From a virus (taxonomy: Duplodnaviria > Caudoviricetes), in the IMG/VR virus record IMGVR_UViG_3300020045_005987, positions 1-59,874 of that record: 59,874 bases of DNA. One strand, given 5' to 3'. Position 1 is the first letter of the stretch; each line of letters begins with the position of its first letter. Positions 16,605 through 25,191 of this stretch are shown one piece after another. Both the position numbers and the translations under genes were made by a program. The notes beneath the pieces are model-generated. The model was given only the letters and a program-made list of their open reading frames with translations, searched no databases and had not been told where the DNA came from.

Positions 16605-17552
16605 ATGTCTGAACTAAAAAGAGACGATGGAGTACTTGCCAGCATCATAGTTTTGATCGAATGGGGTGGAAAGAAACCGTCCAGCACTTGGTACAACCGC
16701 TTGCATCAGTATGGGTTGTATTCCCGAATGCCCGAATCTGCCAAAGAAGAATATAGTCTGTTTGATTGGCGCGCATCCCGCAATGGAACTCGAAAGAATG
16801 ATGAATATCGTGGTTTGATCCTCCAAGAGGGTGCGATCATGGTCAGCAATGTCCAGCTTGCAACAGACATCGCTTCATGGGCAAAGGCTGAGGGTTGTGT
16901 GTTCGTTCATGTCGGGCACATGATAACCAAGGAATTCAGCTTGGATGAACGTAGTCGAAATGCCTTCGAAACCCTGCAAAAGAATGTTGGCAAGCGCGGT
17001 CCGAAACGACAAGCCGAAGTTGGGCAATATGTCGTTACTTGTTTCAGCGAAGTAAAGACCTATCAGGTTGACCTTGAAGCCATTCCGTTCCAGTGCCCGT
17101 ATTGTGGTGGATCAAACATCCAAGCACGCATGGGCAAGGTGAATGTATTTCAGTCTGCCTTCGAAGGTGACAGCGTTGACTATTGGAAACGCACCCGCTT
17201 TGCTTCTGGTCAATTTGAAGTCCCTGAGTTGGTCAAGAATGTCCCCGGCAAGCCTGTTGCCAAATCCCCCAAATTGACCGTACCAGAAATTGAAGCACCT
17301 GTTTTGGTTGACCTGCCCGATGAATTGCAGGAGGAAATCAGAACAGACCTGATCAGATATTGGCATCTTTTGGATTTGGCATTCTGTGTCCAGAGATTCA
17401 GCAAGACACAGCGGATTGATGGTCGTTTGTTGGTCATCAATGCATTTATTGTCAGTGGTGGAATGTCTGTCATGTCCTTCAATCCCCCAAGCAATGGCGT
17501 GGATTTAGTTGATCTTTGCATCCTTGATAACCAGTTAGCTGAATATTTATAA
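16605..17552 (+). CDS. Protein with possible Cas2/PaaX/VapD-like N-terminal fold and central Zn ribbon
   Basis: IIVLIEW...YNRLHQYG...LQEGAIMV pattern; C..E...CPYCG. Confidence 0.5.
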   Translation: MSELKRDDGVLASIIVLIEWGGKKPSSTWYNRLHQYGLYSRMPESAKEEYSLFDWRASRNGTRKNDEYRGLILQEGAIMVSNVQLATDIASWAKAEGCVFVHVGHMITKEFSLDERSRNAFETLQKNVGKRGPKRQAEVGQYVVTCFSEVKTYQVDLEAIPFQCPYCGGSNIQARMGKVNVFQSAFEGDSVDYWKRTRFASGQFEVPELVKNVPGKPVAKSPKLTVPEIEAPVLVDLPDELQEEIRTDLIRYWHLLDLAFCVQRFSKTQRIDGRLLVINAFIVSGGMSVMSFNPPSNGVDLVDLCILDNQLAEYL

Positions 17553-17728
17553 TGCCTACAACCAAAGACACCAAAATTGACCGTGCTTACCTGCTTTGGG
17601 CAGAGTCCTTATCTTTTTACTTGGGTTTGTTGGAAAGCGGTCCAACTGATGACCCAAGACAGAAAAGACTTCGTCAATCAGCTTGGGAAAGGCTTGAACG
17701 AAGATGGCAAACTTTCATGGATGTGTGA
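17552..17728 (+). CDS. Small hypothetical protein (58 aa)
   Basis: TAATG coupling. Confidence 0.5.
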   Translation: MPTTKDTKIDRAYLLWAESLSFYLGLLESGPTDDPRQKRLRQSAWERLERRWQTFMDV

Positions 17729-17737
17729 GGAGATTAA

Positions 17738-18244
17738 ATGACCAAGGATTTTATCGAGTTTGATTACGGGAAACTTCCCAAGAATGTCCAAACACTTGTC
17801 AGGCGCATCGGCGCTGTGGACGAGAATGAAAATGTCTGGCTGGATGTACCACTGGATCAAGGAAGCCTCGTTGTGTATGCCAAAGATAAGAAAAACGGAG
17901 AGCATGAAGTTGACGTCTCCGAGGGCTGGATGCATCCTGTGGTTATCCTTCTGGACAAGGGACGCAAAGCCTATGTTCTTGAAGAAAATCCGCAGAAGAA
18001 TCAGGATGCCAGCGACCTTGAATTTTATGGTGACATTATCCGATGGGCGCGTTTGGGAGAGCAGAAGGACAAGGAAACCTGTTCTGCCATTACCATCATC
18101 CATGACCAGTTTGTAGTTTTCTTGGCATGCCTGAATTACATAACCAGCGGTAGTGAAGCACAGATTCGGTCCCGCCGTGGCCGTATTCAACGGGCAAAGA
18201 TGACAGCATGCCGGATTTGGCGTGAAGGTAAACAGAAAGAGTAA
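17738..18244 (+). CDS. Hypothetical protein
   Basis: GAGGAG RBS. Confidence 0.7.
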   Translation: MTKDFIEFDYGKLPKNVQTLVRRIGAVDENENVWLDVPLDQGSLVVYAKDKKNGEHEVDVSEGWMHPVVILLDKGRKAYVLEENPQKNQDASDLEFYGDIIRWARLGEQKDKETCSAITIIHDQFVVFLACLNYITSGSEAQIRSRRGRIQRAKMTACRIWREGKQKE

Positions 18245-18260
18245 GAACCAGAGGTAACCA

Positions 18261-18476
18261 ATGGACAAGACGCAGAAAAAGATAAAGCAGTTGAAGAAAA
18301 AAGCGTTTAAGTTATATTGCGCTTACATGGTTGATGCAGAATTGGTCTTGCCTTCTGCCGGCAAACACTTGGCGTATTATCTTTCGTCCAATTTTACCAA
18401 AACTCGTGATGAGTTCAATGCAGTGATGGATGAACTTAGCGAGATTGATCCTACTGCCCCAAGAGCAAGATTGTAA
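18261..18476 (+). CDS. Hypothetical protein
   Basis: GAGG RBS. Confidence 0.65.
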   Translation: MDKTQKKIKQLKKKAFKLYCAYMVDAELVLPSAGKHLAYYLSSNFTKTRDEFNAVMDELSEIDPTAPRARL

Positions 18477-18637
18477 GGAGATCAAATGCCAAAGCTTGTA
18501 TGTGTCACCTGTGAAACCTTTATTAGAAAGTTATTTGTTGACAATGTTGATCCCGGAGAACTCCAAGAAGATGAGGCTGTTCTTTGGCGCAAATGGCACC
18601 GCGAATTTTATCCAGAAAACTATTAAGGAGAAACCAA

Positions 18638-19312
18638 ATGAACCAGAAACAGATTGAAACGTTGAAATATGTATCCCTTATCAATCTCTTTGCCATGTTC
18701 GCTGTGGCTGTAACGCTTGCCGCAATCTCCATCGCATCATTGTTGCAGACAATCAGCGCGTTCAACAAAATGGCTGACCCGACCCTCCCGATCTTGGGCA
18801 TGCTGTTGCCCATTGCCTATGGCGTGTTGTTTCAGTATGGTCAGAATGCCGCGCTTTATATCCGTCAGCATTACTGTGACTCACGAACCATCTTTTACCT
18901 GTGGGAGTTTGGTGTGACATCCCGCCACATTGCAATGGGCGTGTTTATTGTCTGCGCTTTTGTAGATGCCGCCACCAATGTTCTTTGGTTTTACCGTAGT
19001 GTTGAACCATCCGGGGACATTTTGACAGATTCCTTGGTGATGGCAATCGGATACCCAAGTATGATACTTGTCGTCTTTGCCGAGGAGGTCTTTGGTCGTG
19101 TCCTGCAAGCCCTCCGCCGCGTGATGAATGAGTACAAGTCCATCAAACAGCGCGAGAAAGCCAGCGGAATAATTGAAGAATCTCGTCATCCTGCTAATCT
19201 TTATCCGCGTGGAAATTCTACTTACCCATCCCCGGCAGTCCAGCGCGGATTTCGCAGTTACGTTCCTCCAGAGCCGAAGTATATGGATCTAAATGATGAG
19301 GATAACAAATGA
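18638..19312 (+). CDS. Four-TM membrane protein
   Basis: AAGGAG RBS; four hydrophobic segments. Confidence 0.75.
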   Translation: MNQKQIETLKYVSLINLFAMFAVAVTLAAISIASLLQTISAFNKMADPTLPILGMLLPIAYGVLFQYGQNAALYIRQHYCDSRTIFYLWEFGVTSRHIAMGVFIVCAFVDAATNVLWFYRSVEPSGDILTDSLVMAIGYPSMILVVFAEEVFGRVLQALRRVMNEYKSIKQREKASGIIEESRHPANLYPRGNSTYPSPAVQRGFRSYVPPEPKYMDLNDEDNK

Positions 19313-20271
19313 AGCTTATTTCACTTACACAAGGTAAATCCGCTAAGATTAATGACCATTGGTATGATTATTTAATGCAGTGGAAATGGTCAGCATACAA
19401 AGATTCTAGGTCAAATAAATGGTACGCAACTCGCATAGAAGGTACACGACCAAATAGGAAACAGATTTTGATGCACCGTGTAGTCAGTGGTTGTAAACAT
19501 GGCGAAATGGTTGACCATCGTGACGGGGATGGTCTAAACAATCAAGACGAAAACCTCAGGACTTGCACAAATTCACAAAATCAAGCCAACCGCCAAAAAC
19601 CGTCTAACAATACAAGTGGTTGGAAGGGTGTACAAAAGACAAGAAATAGAAAGTTCATCGCTAGGCTTGTAAAGAATAAGGTTACTGTTTTTTGTAAAAC
19701 ATTCAAATCTGGCATTGATGCCGCAAAAGCTTACGACACTGCCGCTATCGAACATTTCGGAGATTTTGCTAACTTAAATTTTTCTAAGGAATCTAATCTA
19801 ATGTTCAACCCAAAGCCTAAGCCACCCAAAAAAGAAGCCAAGCCTCCCAAACGAATTCTGGTAAAAGCATTGGCTGATAGGCGTAAGTTTAGCAGGACAG
19901 AACGTTCACAACTCGAATCCGAATTAGTTACGCTTTGTTCAAAATATGTCAGGCTCCGCGATGGTAATCAATGCGTTACTTGTGGATCACAGCAAGAACT
20001 TACCTGCTCCCATTTTATTAAACGAGCAAAGCAGATAGTTAGTTATGATGTTGAAGTTAATCTGAATTGTCAATGCCTGACCTGCAATGGTATCCATAAC
20101 CGCGATGAGTCCGCCTATATGGCCTATTTGATAAAGAAGCATGGTTTGGCAAAGGTTGAAGTGTTAAAGGCATTGAATGGTATTTCTTATTTTAGATGGA
20201 GTGTTATTGAACTTCGAGATATGGTCGAAGATATGAAAAAGAAACTGGAGAGTTTATATGGAAGATCGTAA
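19309..20271 (+). CDS. HNH-AP2 endonuclease fused in frame to NinG/Rap-like nuclease
   Basis: N-terminal HNH-AP2 motifs; from ATG 19801 SKYVRLRD..CVTCG..SHF..N...QC..CN. Confidence 0.8.
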   Translation: MKLISLTQGKSAKINDHWYDYLMQWKWSAYKDSRSNKWYATRIEGTRPNRKQILMHRVVSGCKHGEMVDHRDGDGLNNQDENLRTCTNSQNQANRQKPSNNTSGWKGVQKTRNRKFIARLVKNKVTVFCKTFKSGIDAAKAYDTAAIEHFGDFANLNFSKESNLMFNPKPKPPKKEAKPPKRILVKALADRRKFSRTERSQLESELVTLCSKYVRLRDGNQCVTCGSQQELTCSHFIKRAKQIVSYDVEVNLNCQCLTCNGIHNRDESAYMAYLIKKHGLAKVEVLKALNGISYFRWSVIELRDMVEDMKKKLESLYGRS

Positions 20272-20512
20272 TCATGTAGGTCAGGGCATGACAATGTCCA
20301 AGATGGTGGATGGAAAACCTGTCCCTCGTCATGCCATCAAAGGTGACACAATTGCAAGGATGGACATGATTGTAGAAATGGATCAGCGCAGGAAGAAATA
20401 TGTTGCCGAGCAGGATTGGGCGAATCTTGCCAAACTTGCCGAGGAATATTTCCTGCTTGGTGCTGTGACTATGGCTGGTGAAGTGTCCAGAGAAATACCG
20501 TCTATAAAATAG
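20258..20512 (+). CDS. Hypothetical protein
   Basis: GGAG RBS; overlap. Confidence 0.6.
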   Translation: MEDRNHVGQGMTMSKMVDGKPVPRHAIKGDTIARMDMIVEMDQRRKKYVAEQDWANLAKLAEEYFLLGAVTMAGEVSREIPSIK

Positions 20513-20596
20513 TAGCAAAAGTCACCCATACCAAACATCATAATTTTCTGTAGCGTGGCTTAGGATCAATCTGGACGCGATGTTTTGGAGATAGTT

Positions 20597-21013
20597 ATGA
20601 AGAAACTGCCCGAATATACCTGTGATTGCCAAGAATGCCAGTCCATGTGCCATTTTCCCTGCATGGGTACACCTGATGAAATGCAAGCCATTATTTCAGC
20701 GGGTTATGCCTTCTCAAATCGGTTGGTGGTATGCAGTGACAACCATTCGCAGTTGCACTTTACGGTTGTGAAGCCTCGCAGAGTAGATGGGTTTTGTGTG
20801 TTTTTCGAGAAAGGCAAATGTAAACTGCACGATGCAGGGTTGAAACCACTGGAAGGACGGATCGCCATTCATGGAAGTCAGATTGTTAGAAAGACTTTCT
20901 ATCGCAATCTTGCCCGATATTGGGATACCAAGAAGGGACGTGCATTGATTGAACGTATCAGATTGGAGAATAATCGTCCCGAGAATCCGTACAAAGGTGA
21001 CGAACATGAGTAA
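20597..21013 (+). CDS. YkgJ-like Cys-cluster protein
   Basis: CxxCxxxC...CVFF...CKLH..KP. Confidence 0.7.
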   Translation: MKKLPEYTCDCQECQSMCHFPCMGTPDEMQAIISAGYAFSNRLVVCSDNHSQLHFTVVKPRRVDGFCVFFEKGKCKLHDAGLKPLEGRIAIHGSQIVRKTFYRNLARYWDTKKGRALIERIRLENNRPENPYKGDEHE

Positions 21014-21344
21014 CCATCCTGTGTTGGGTAAGAATGAGCCTGATTTTGTCGGTCAGGTATTGGGTACTGGCTATTTGAGTTTTGAGTCCAGTGTTGGCAT
21101 GGATGGGTTAGCCAAAGAGGTTGACGATGGAAAAGGTCTTGACATTCTTGCCCTTGTGGCACGTCACGAAGGTCAGGGATCACTTAGAAAGTTTATTGCT
21201 CTTGCCAAAGAGCATTATGACAAGATTTACATTTGGAGTGTTTGGAATAGATTCCTCCCCGCAGTCCTTGTTCGTTATGGATTTATGCCATTTGTAAGAT
21301 TTGAAGATGGTCATAAAATTGATGGCTATCGTTGGTGCAAATAG
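21006..21344 (+). CDS. Possible GNAT-fold protein
   Basis: LDILALV..HEGQG...N...L.RYGF. Confidence 0.5.
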   Translation: MSNHPVLGKNEPDFVGQVLGTGYLSFESSVGMDGLAKEVDDGKGLDILALVARHEGQGSLRKFIALAKEHYDKIYIWSVWNRFLPAVLVRYGFMPFVRFEDGHKIDGYRWCK

Positions 21345-21358
21345 GTCAAGGGAATTAC

Positions 21359-21387
21359 TTGACATCATGCTGGTAATAGGATAGATT
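21359..21387 (+). promoter_or_regulatory. Sigma70-type promoter
   Basis: TTGACA-17-TAGATT with AGGA. Confidence 0.75.
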
Positions 21388-21411
21388 TAGTACACATCCA
21401 AAAGGAGAATT

Positions 21412-22029
21412 ATGACAACCATCACAGATGAACAGCTTTTTCATTATGTAAGCAAACAAGCCAAGGTCATATCTGAAATGGCAGAGAAATTTCCCAATTT
21501 GCCTATACTTACAATTGTAGTTATGGCGGGTGATCTCATGTCCAGAGACATTGCAGATTATCATGTTCAGAAAAAGGGTTGGAGTGTCAAGAGGGCTGGT
21601 TTTCTTGTCGGGTCGTATGCTCGTCTTGACTGGTACGTGGATCAATATGAAAATGGCAACCTGCCATTGAGGGACTTGCTCGATCTTTTGCCCGAGGAAT
21701 GGCCGGGTTGTGACCCTGATGACACAGATCCAAAGTTCTTGAAGTTGTGGAAAAAGGCTTGGAAGAAGAATGGGGAATTGTATTTGTTTGACGGTCCCGC
21801 CCTACCTCCCAAACCCATATTGACTGTCTACCGTGGACAGTTTAAAGCCACTGATCCTTTGGGAATTGCTTGGACAACAGATAAAAAGATTGCTCGAAAA
21901 TTTGCCAATGGTGCCAGTTTACTGGTTGATATTCAAGGTGTTGTTTTGACCCGCAGGATAAGGATTAGTGATGTATATGCTTATTTGACCGGTCGTGGCG
22001 AGAGTGGGATCATCTGTGATCCTCTGTGA
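21412..22029 (+). CDS. ADP-ribosyltransferase-like fold protein (degenerate motifs)
   Basis: TVYRG...GIAWTTD..IA.KFA...RGESGII. Confidence 0.5.
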   Translation: MTTITDEQLFHYVSKQAKVISEMAEKFPNLPILTIVVMAGDLMSRDIADYHVQKKGWSVKRAGFLVGSYARLDWYVDQYENGNLPLRDLLDLLPEEWPGCDPDDTDPKFLKLWKKAWKKNGELYLFDGPALPPKPILTVYRGQFKATDPLGIAWTTDKKIARKFANGASLLVDIQGVVLTRRIRISDVYAYLTGRGESGIICDPL

Positions 22030-22057
22030 TCCCAAGAAATTATTGAAGGAGTGATTT

Positions 22058-22276
22058 ATGCCAAACGAATTGACCCAAGCAGAGATACATGTCCTTGGTT
22101 ATTTGGGAATGAATGGTGGCCTTAAAGCAGGTGGATTTACCTGCTCATTGATTGAAGCCATCTTCCATGCTGACTGGATTAATACTACAAAACTTTATTC
22201 AGTGTATCCCGAATATGTGGATGCTGTGAAAGCTTGGACAGAAGGCGATCTTGCACAGAGGTCTGGAAATGGCTAA
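22058..22276 (+). CDS. Small conserved phage protein
   Basis: AAGGAG; GGFT.SLIEAI.HAD..N..KL...YPE. Confidence 0.7.
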   Translation: MPNELTQAEIHVLGYLGMNGGLKAGGFTCSLIEAIFHADWINTTKLYSVYPEYVDAVKAWTEGDLAQRSGNG

Positions 22277-23006
22277 GATGATTGGAAAAATTGTATCTTC
22301 TTCGTTGGACGATGATAGAGAAAAAAAGGTCTTTGAAGAGATGGTCAGGATGGTTCAAGGTTCTGATGTATTTGTTGGTAGTGGATTTAGCGAAACTTAT
22401 GCTGAACAGTTGAAAGCTTACACTTATGGAACTGCAAATAGTTCCACAAGCACGAGTCAAGGCAAGTATGTTTATATAGGTTTGTATGTGCATGTTGCAC
22501 ACTGGCCTGTTATTGAAATCTCTGGCGCGGAACCGTATTTAGTTTGCACAAATAGATTTTGCGGTATGGTTGATAAACCAGTGTATGATCCTTCAACTAA
22601 TGAGTATTTTAGAAATGAATATAGAGTTGTACATTACAATGGTTTTGGTCAGTCATTGGAAGGTCTTTGTAAAGAATGTGCCAATCCGTTGACGAAAATT
22701 AAAAGAACGTCATATACCAGCAAACTTGCTTTGTCGAAAATGGTGTATCCACATCTTCCAGAGAATATGTTTCGATCCCTTGAAAGTGAAAGTAGTAAAA
22801 TTATGTATGTAATCCCTGTTCTTGAACCTGAGAATGTTGCCAAACTTGGTGGGACTGTTATAAAGGATCAAGTCAATTTGATGAAGGTTGTTATAGATGC
22901 GTTCTCTAGGAGTGTTGGAGTTTATCCGGAGTGGAATGTATTATGCGCCTGCCTTGAACGGGCTGGTGCAAAGTTTCAAGTTATGCGTGGTTTGTTAATC
23001 ATCTAG
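22269..23006 (+). CDS. Hypothetical protein with CxxC pairs (AT-rich)
   Basis: ORF coupled to upstream gene. Confidence 0.65.
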   Translation: MAKMIGKIVSSSLDDDREKKVFEEMVRMVQGSDVFVGSGFSETYAEQLKAYTYGTANSSTSTSQGKYVYIGLYVHVAHWPVIEISGAEPYLVCTNRFCGMVDKPVYDPSTNEYFRNEYRVVHYNGFGQSLEGLCKECANPLTKIKRTSYTSKLALSKMVYPHLPENMFRSLESESSKIMYVIPVLEPENVAKLGGTVIKDQVNLMKVVIDAFSRSVGVYPEWNVLCACLERAGAKFQVMRGLLII

Positions 23007-23020
23007 TAAAGGAGAATATA

Positions 23021-23809
23021 ATGGCACTAACAAAGACACTTAGGTTTGATGAGGATGTTCTACAAGCCCTAAAAGAAATGGAATGGGCTTCGGATGGTTT
23101 GTCTGCAAGGATCACCAGTCAATTGGACAGACCTTTGTACGAGAAGCTTATGAAGGCTCTTAAGCCCATGTCTGGTAAATGGATCAAGCAATCCAAGATG
23201 CATGTTTTCGATTATGACCCGCGCTCTATGGTTGAAGGCTTGCTTGAATCTGGCTCACTGGTTGTTGAGAAGGATGGATTTTTCGAGACACCAGAAATCA
23301 TAGTCCGTATTATGATTGACAAGGCTGATATTAGCAAGAACATGTCAGTGCTTGAACCGTCTGCCGGCAAGGGTGCGATAGCCAAGTTATTGAAGCAGAA
23401 GACTGACAGTCTTTTCTTGATCGAGAAGAATGTGGATCGTGCCACCTTGTTACAGCTTGAAGGATATTCTGTTTGGATTGGCGATTTTCTGCAATACGAT
23501 CCAGAATGTTCCTTGCCGTATAAGCGCATTGTAATGAATCCTCCGTTTGAAGAAGCTCAGGATCAGGCACACGTTATGAAGGCGTACAATCTTCTTGCCA
23601 AGGATGGTCGTTTGGTTGCCATCATGGGCGAACATGCCTTCTTTGCCGAGGATAAGAAGTCAATGGAATTCCGGGCATGGTTACAAATCATGGGTGCTGT
23701 GGTTGAAAAGCTTTCAGAAGGTTCGTTCAAATCCAGCGGGACTGGCGTGAATGCCCGTATCGTTGTTATCAATTGTCAACCAGAGAAAAAGGTCAAGGTG
23801 AAGAAATGA
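23021..23809 (+). CDS. N6-adenine class I SAM methyltransferase
   Basis: FFETP, VLEPSAGKG, GDFL, IVMNPPF. Confidence 0.9.
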   Translation: MALTKTLRFDEDVLQALKEMEWASDGLSARITSQLDRPLYEKLMKALKPMSGKWIKQSKMHVFDYDPRSMVEGLLESGSLVVEKDGFFETPEIIVRIMIDKADISKNMSVLEPSAGKGAIAKLLKQKTDSLFLIEKNVDRATLLQLEGYSVWIGDFLQYDPECSLPYKRIVMNPPFEEAQDQAHVMKAYNLLAKDGRLVAIMGEHAFFAEDKKSMEFRAWLQIMGAVVEKLSEGSFKSSGTGVNARIVVINCQPEKKVKVKK

Positions 23810-24120
23810 GACAGACAACTGATGCCCCTGCTCCAAAGCTTAAACTTCACGAAAGTGAAACCTTGCTGGTTCAAGATGGTATCAAGCGAACAGCGGTCAA
23901 TTTGATAGCCAAGGGCATTAATGATCTATATGCCCTTGAATGTTTGCGCCTTACAAGCTTTGGGCTTGCTGACGTAAGCAGGGTTGTCCTTCCAACCTTT
24001 GAAGAATGGATCAATGACCCTCGCTTTGAAGGCGTGATGAAGCCCTATGGCCTCGAAGAAACCAGACAGGCTGTGATGGAATACAGACAAGCACAGGTTG
24101 ATGATTTTATGAATGGTTAA
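23806..24120 (+). CDS. Hypothetical protein
   Basis: ATGA overlap. Confidence 0.6.
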   Translation: MRQTTDAPAPKLKLHESETLLVQDGIKRTAVNLIAKGINDLYALECLRLTSFGLADVSRVVLPTFEEWINDPRFEGVMKPYGLEETRQAVMEYRQAQVDDFMNG

Positions 24121-24190
24121 TTTATGTGAAACTTCCCAACTTTAGTAGCCTTGCAAATAACTTGCAACCAGATATTTTACTTGAAATTCC

Positions 24191-24219
24191 TTGAAAAATA
24201 GGATGGTATAGGTTAGAAT
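24191..24219 (+). promoter_or_regulatory. Sigma70-type promoter (palindrome at 24125-24138 upstream)
   Basis: TTGAAA-17-TAGAAT with AGGT. Confidence 0.75.
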
Positions 24220-24262
24220 GTAGGTATAGATAAAATTTCATCCCAAACAAGGAGATAGACAA

Positions 24263-24646
24263 ATGATAAGAACATTTCGTGCAGTATGGTATTCGGAAGC
24301 CGGGGATTTGATTATAGGCAGTTTGGTTGATAAGATGACTGCCTTTGGTCAGGTGGAAACTTTGAAGAAATATGGTCGCGTTGCTTGGGTTGAAGATAAT
24401 GAAAGCCGCCCCGTTGATGAGAATGGTGATCCATTGCCGGTTGAGTTGATCTTCCACAAGATTGAGCCTGTATCCAAGATTGATTTTGTTGCCCGATCAC
24501 AGCGTTTGATTGACGCTGGTGTGGTTGACCAGAATGGTGGTTTGTTTCCTTATGCTGGTTATGACAATCATCGTCACCGTGGTAATCCCCTGCCTGCTGA
24601 AATGGTGGACGATGACCAGTGCTTTGATAATGGGTTGGGATTATGA
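24263..24646 (+). CDS. Hypothetical protein
   Basis: AAGGAG RBS. Confidence 0.75.
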   Translation: MIRTFRAVWYSEAGDLIIGSLVDKMTAFGQVETLKKYGRVAWVEDNESRPVDENGDPLPVELIFHKIEPVSKIDFVARSQRLIDAGVVDQNGGLFPYAGYDNHRHRGNPLPAEMVDDDQCFDNGLGL

Positions 24647-24849
24647 ATTACAAACTTGTTGATCTTAGCAAAAGCCATCTGAAAGAAATGGATCATGACG
24701 GTGTATTCACTGAACTTGAAGACGCAGAGACTTATGCAATTGGTCTGTTTCATGACACAACTCCGATTGGTATCTTCTCTGGTGATTCGGATATTACCAG
24801 TGATGCTCCCACCAGCATTGTTTATGGTGGGAATGTTTATTCGGCATAG
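24643..24849 (+). CDS. Hypothetical protein
   Basis: ATGA overlap. Confidence 0.65.
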   Translation: MNYKLVDLSKSHLKEMDHDGVFTELEDAETYAIGLFHDTTPIGIFSGDSDITSDAPTSIVYGGNVYSA

Positions 24850-24881
24850 TTATCATCCAAGCCATAAAGGAGAATTAAAAA

Positions 24882-25123
24882 ATGAACTTCGAAGAATATA
24901 AGACCCATTGGCGCACATGAATGGCAACTTGCACTTCCGTTTCAAGCCAGAGGCAATAAAAGCCCTGAATGTGAATGCTGGCAGGCTGCTTAAATGGCTC
25001 CGTACCGAAGAAGATGTGATTACCGAATTAGGATACACAGCGAAGGAAGCGAAAGAATACTTTCACAGAAATTCGCACATCCTACCCAGCAACGTGAAAT
25101 TATTGGGAGCGTCTAATCAATGA
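24882..25123 (+). pseudogene. Deletion remnant: 12-aa start plus out-of-frame DUF4942-like C-terminus
   Basis: RBS+MNFEEYKTHWRT*; other frame AHMNGNLHFRF...ALNVNAGRLLKWL. Confidence 0.55.
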
Positions 25124-25129
25124 CAATAC

Positions 25130-25158
25130 TTGAAATGCAAGGAATTCTAGGATAGAAT
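25130..25158 (+). promoter_or_regulatory. Sigma70-type promoter
   Basis: TTGAAA-17-TAGAAT with AGGA. Confidence 0.75.
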
Positions 25159-25191
25159 ATTTTTGAAACCCAAATCATAAGGAGATAAAAA

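Noticed and set aside
692-24859. CATCCA as extended anti-SD pairing with the 16S 3' end
   Set aside because: The 16S complement would place ATCCA downstream of AAGGAG; here it is upstream
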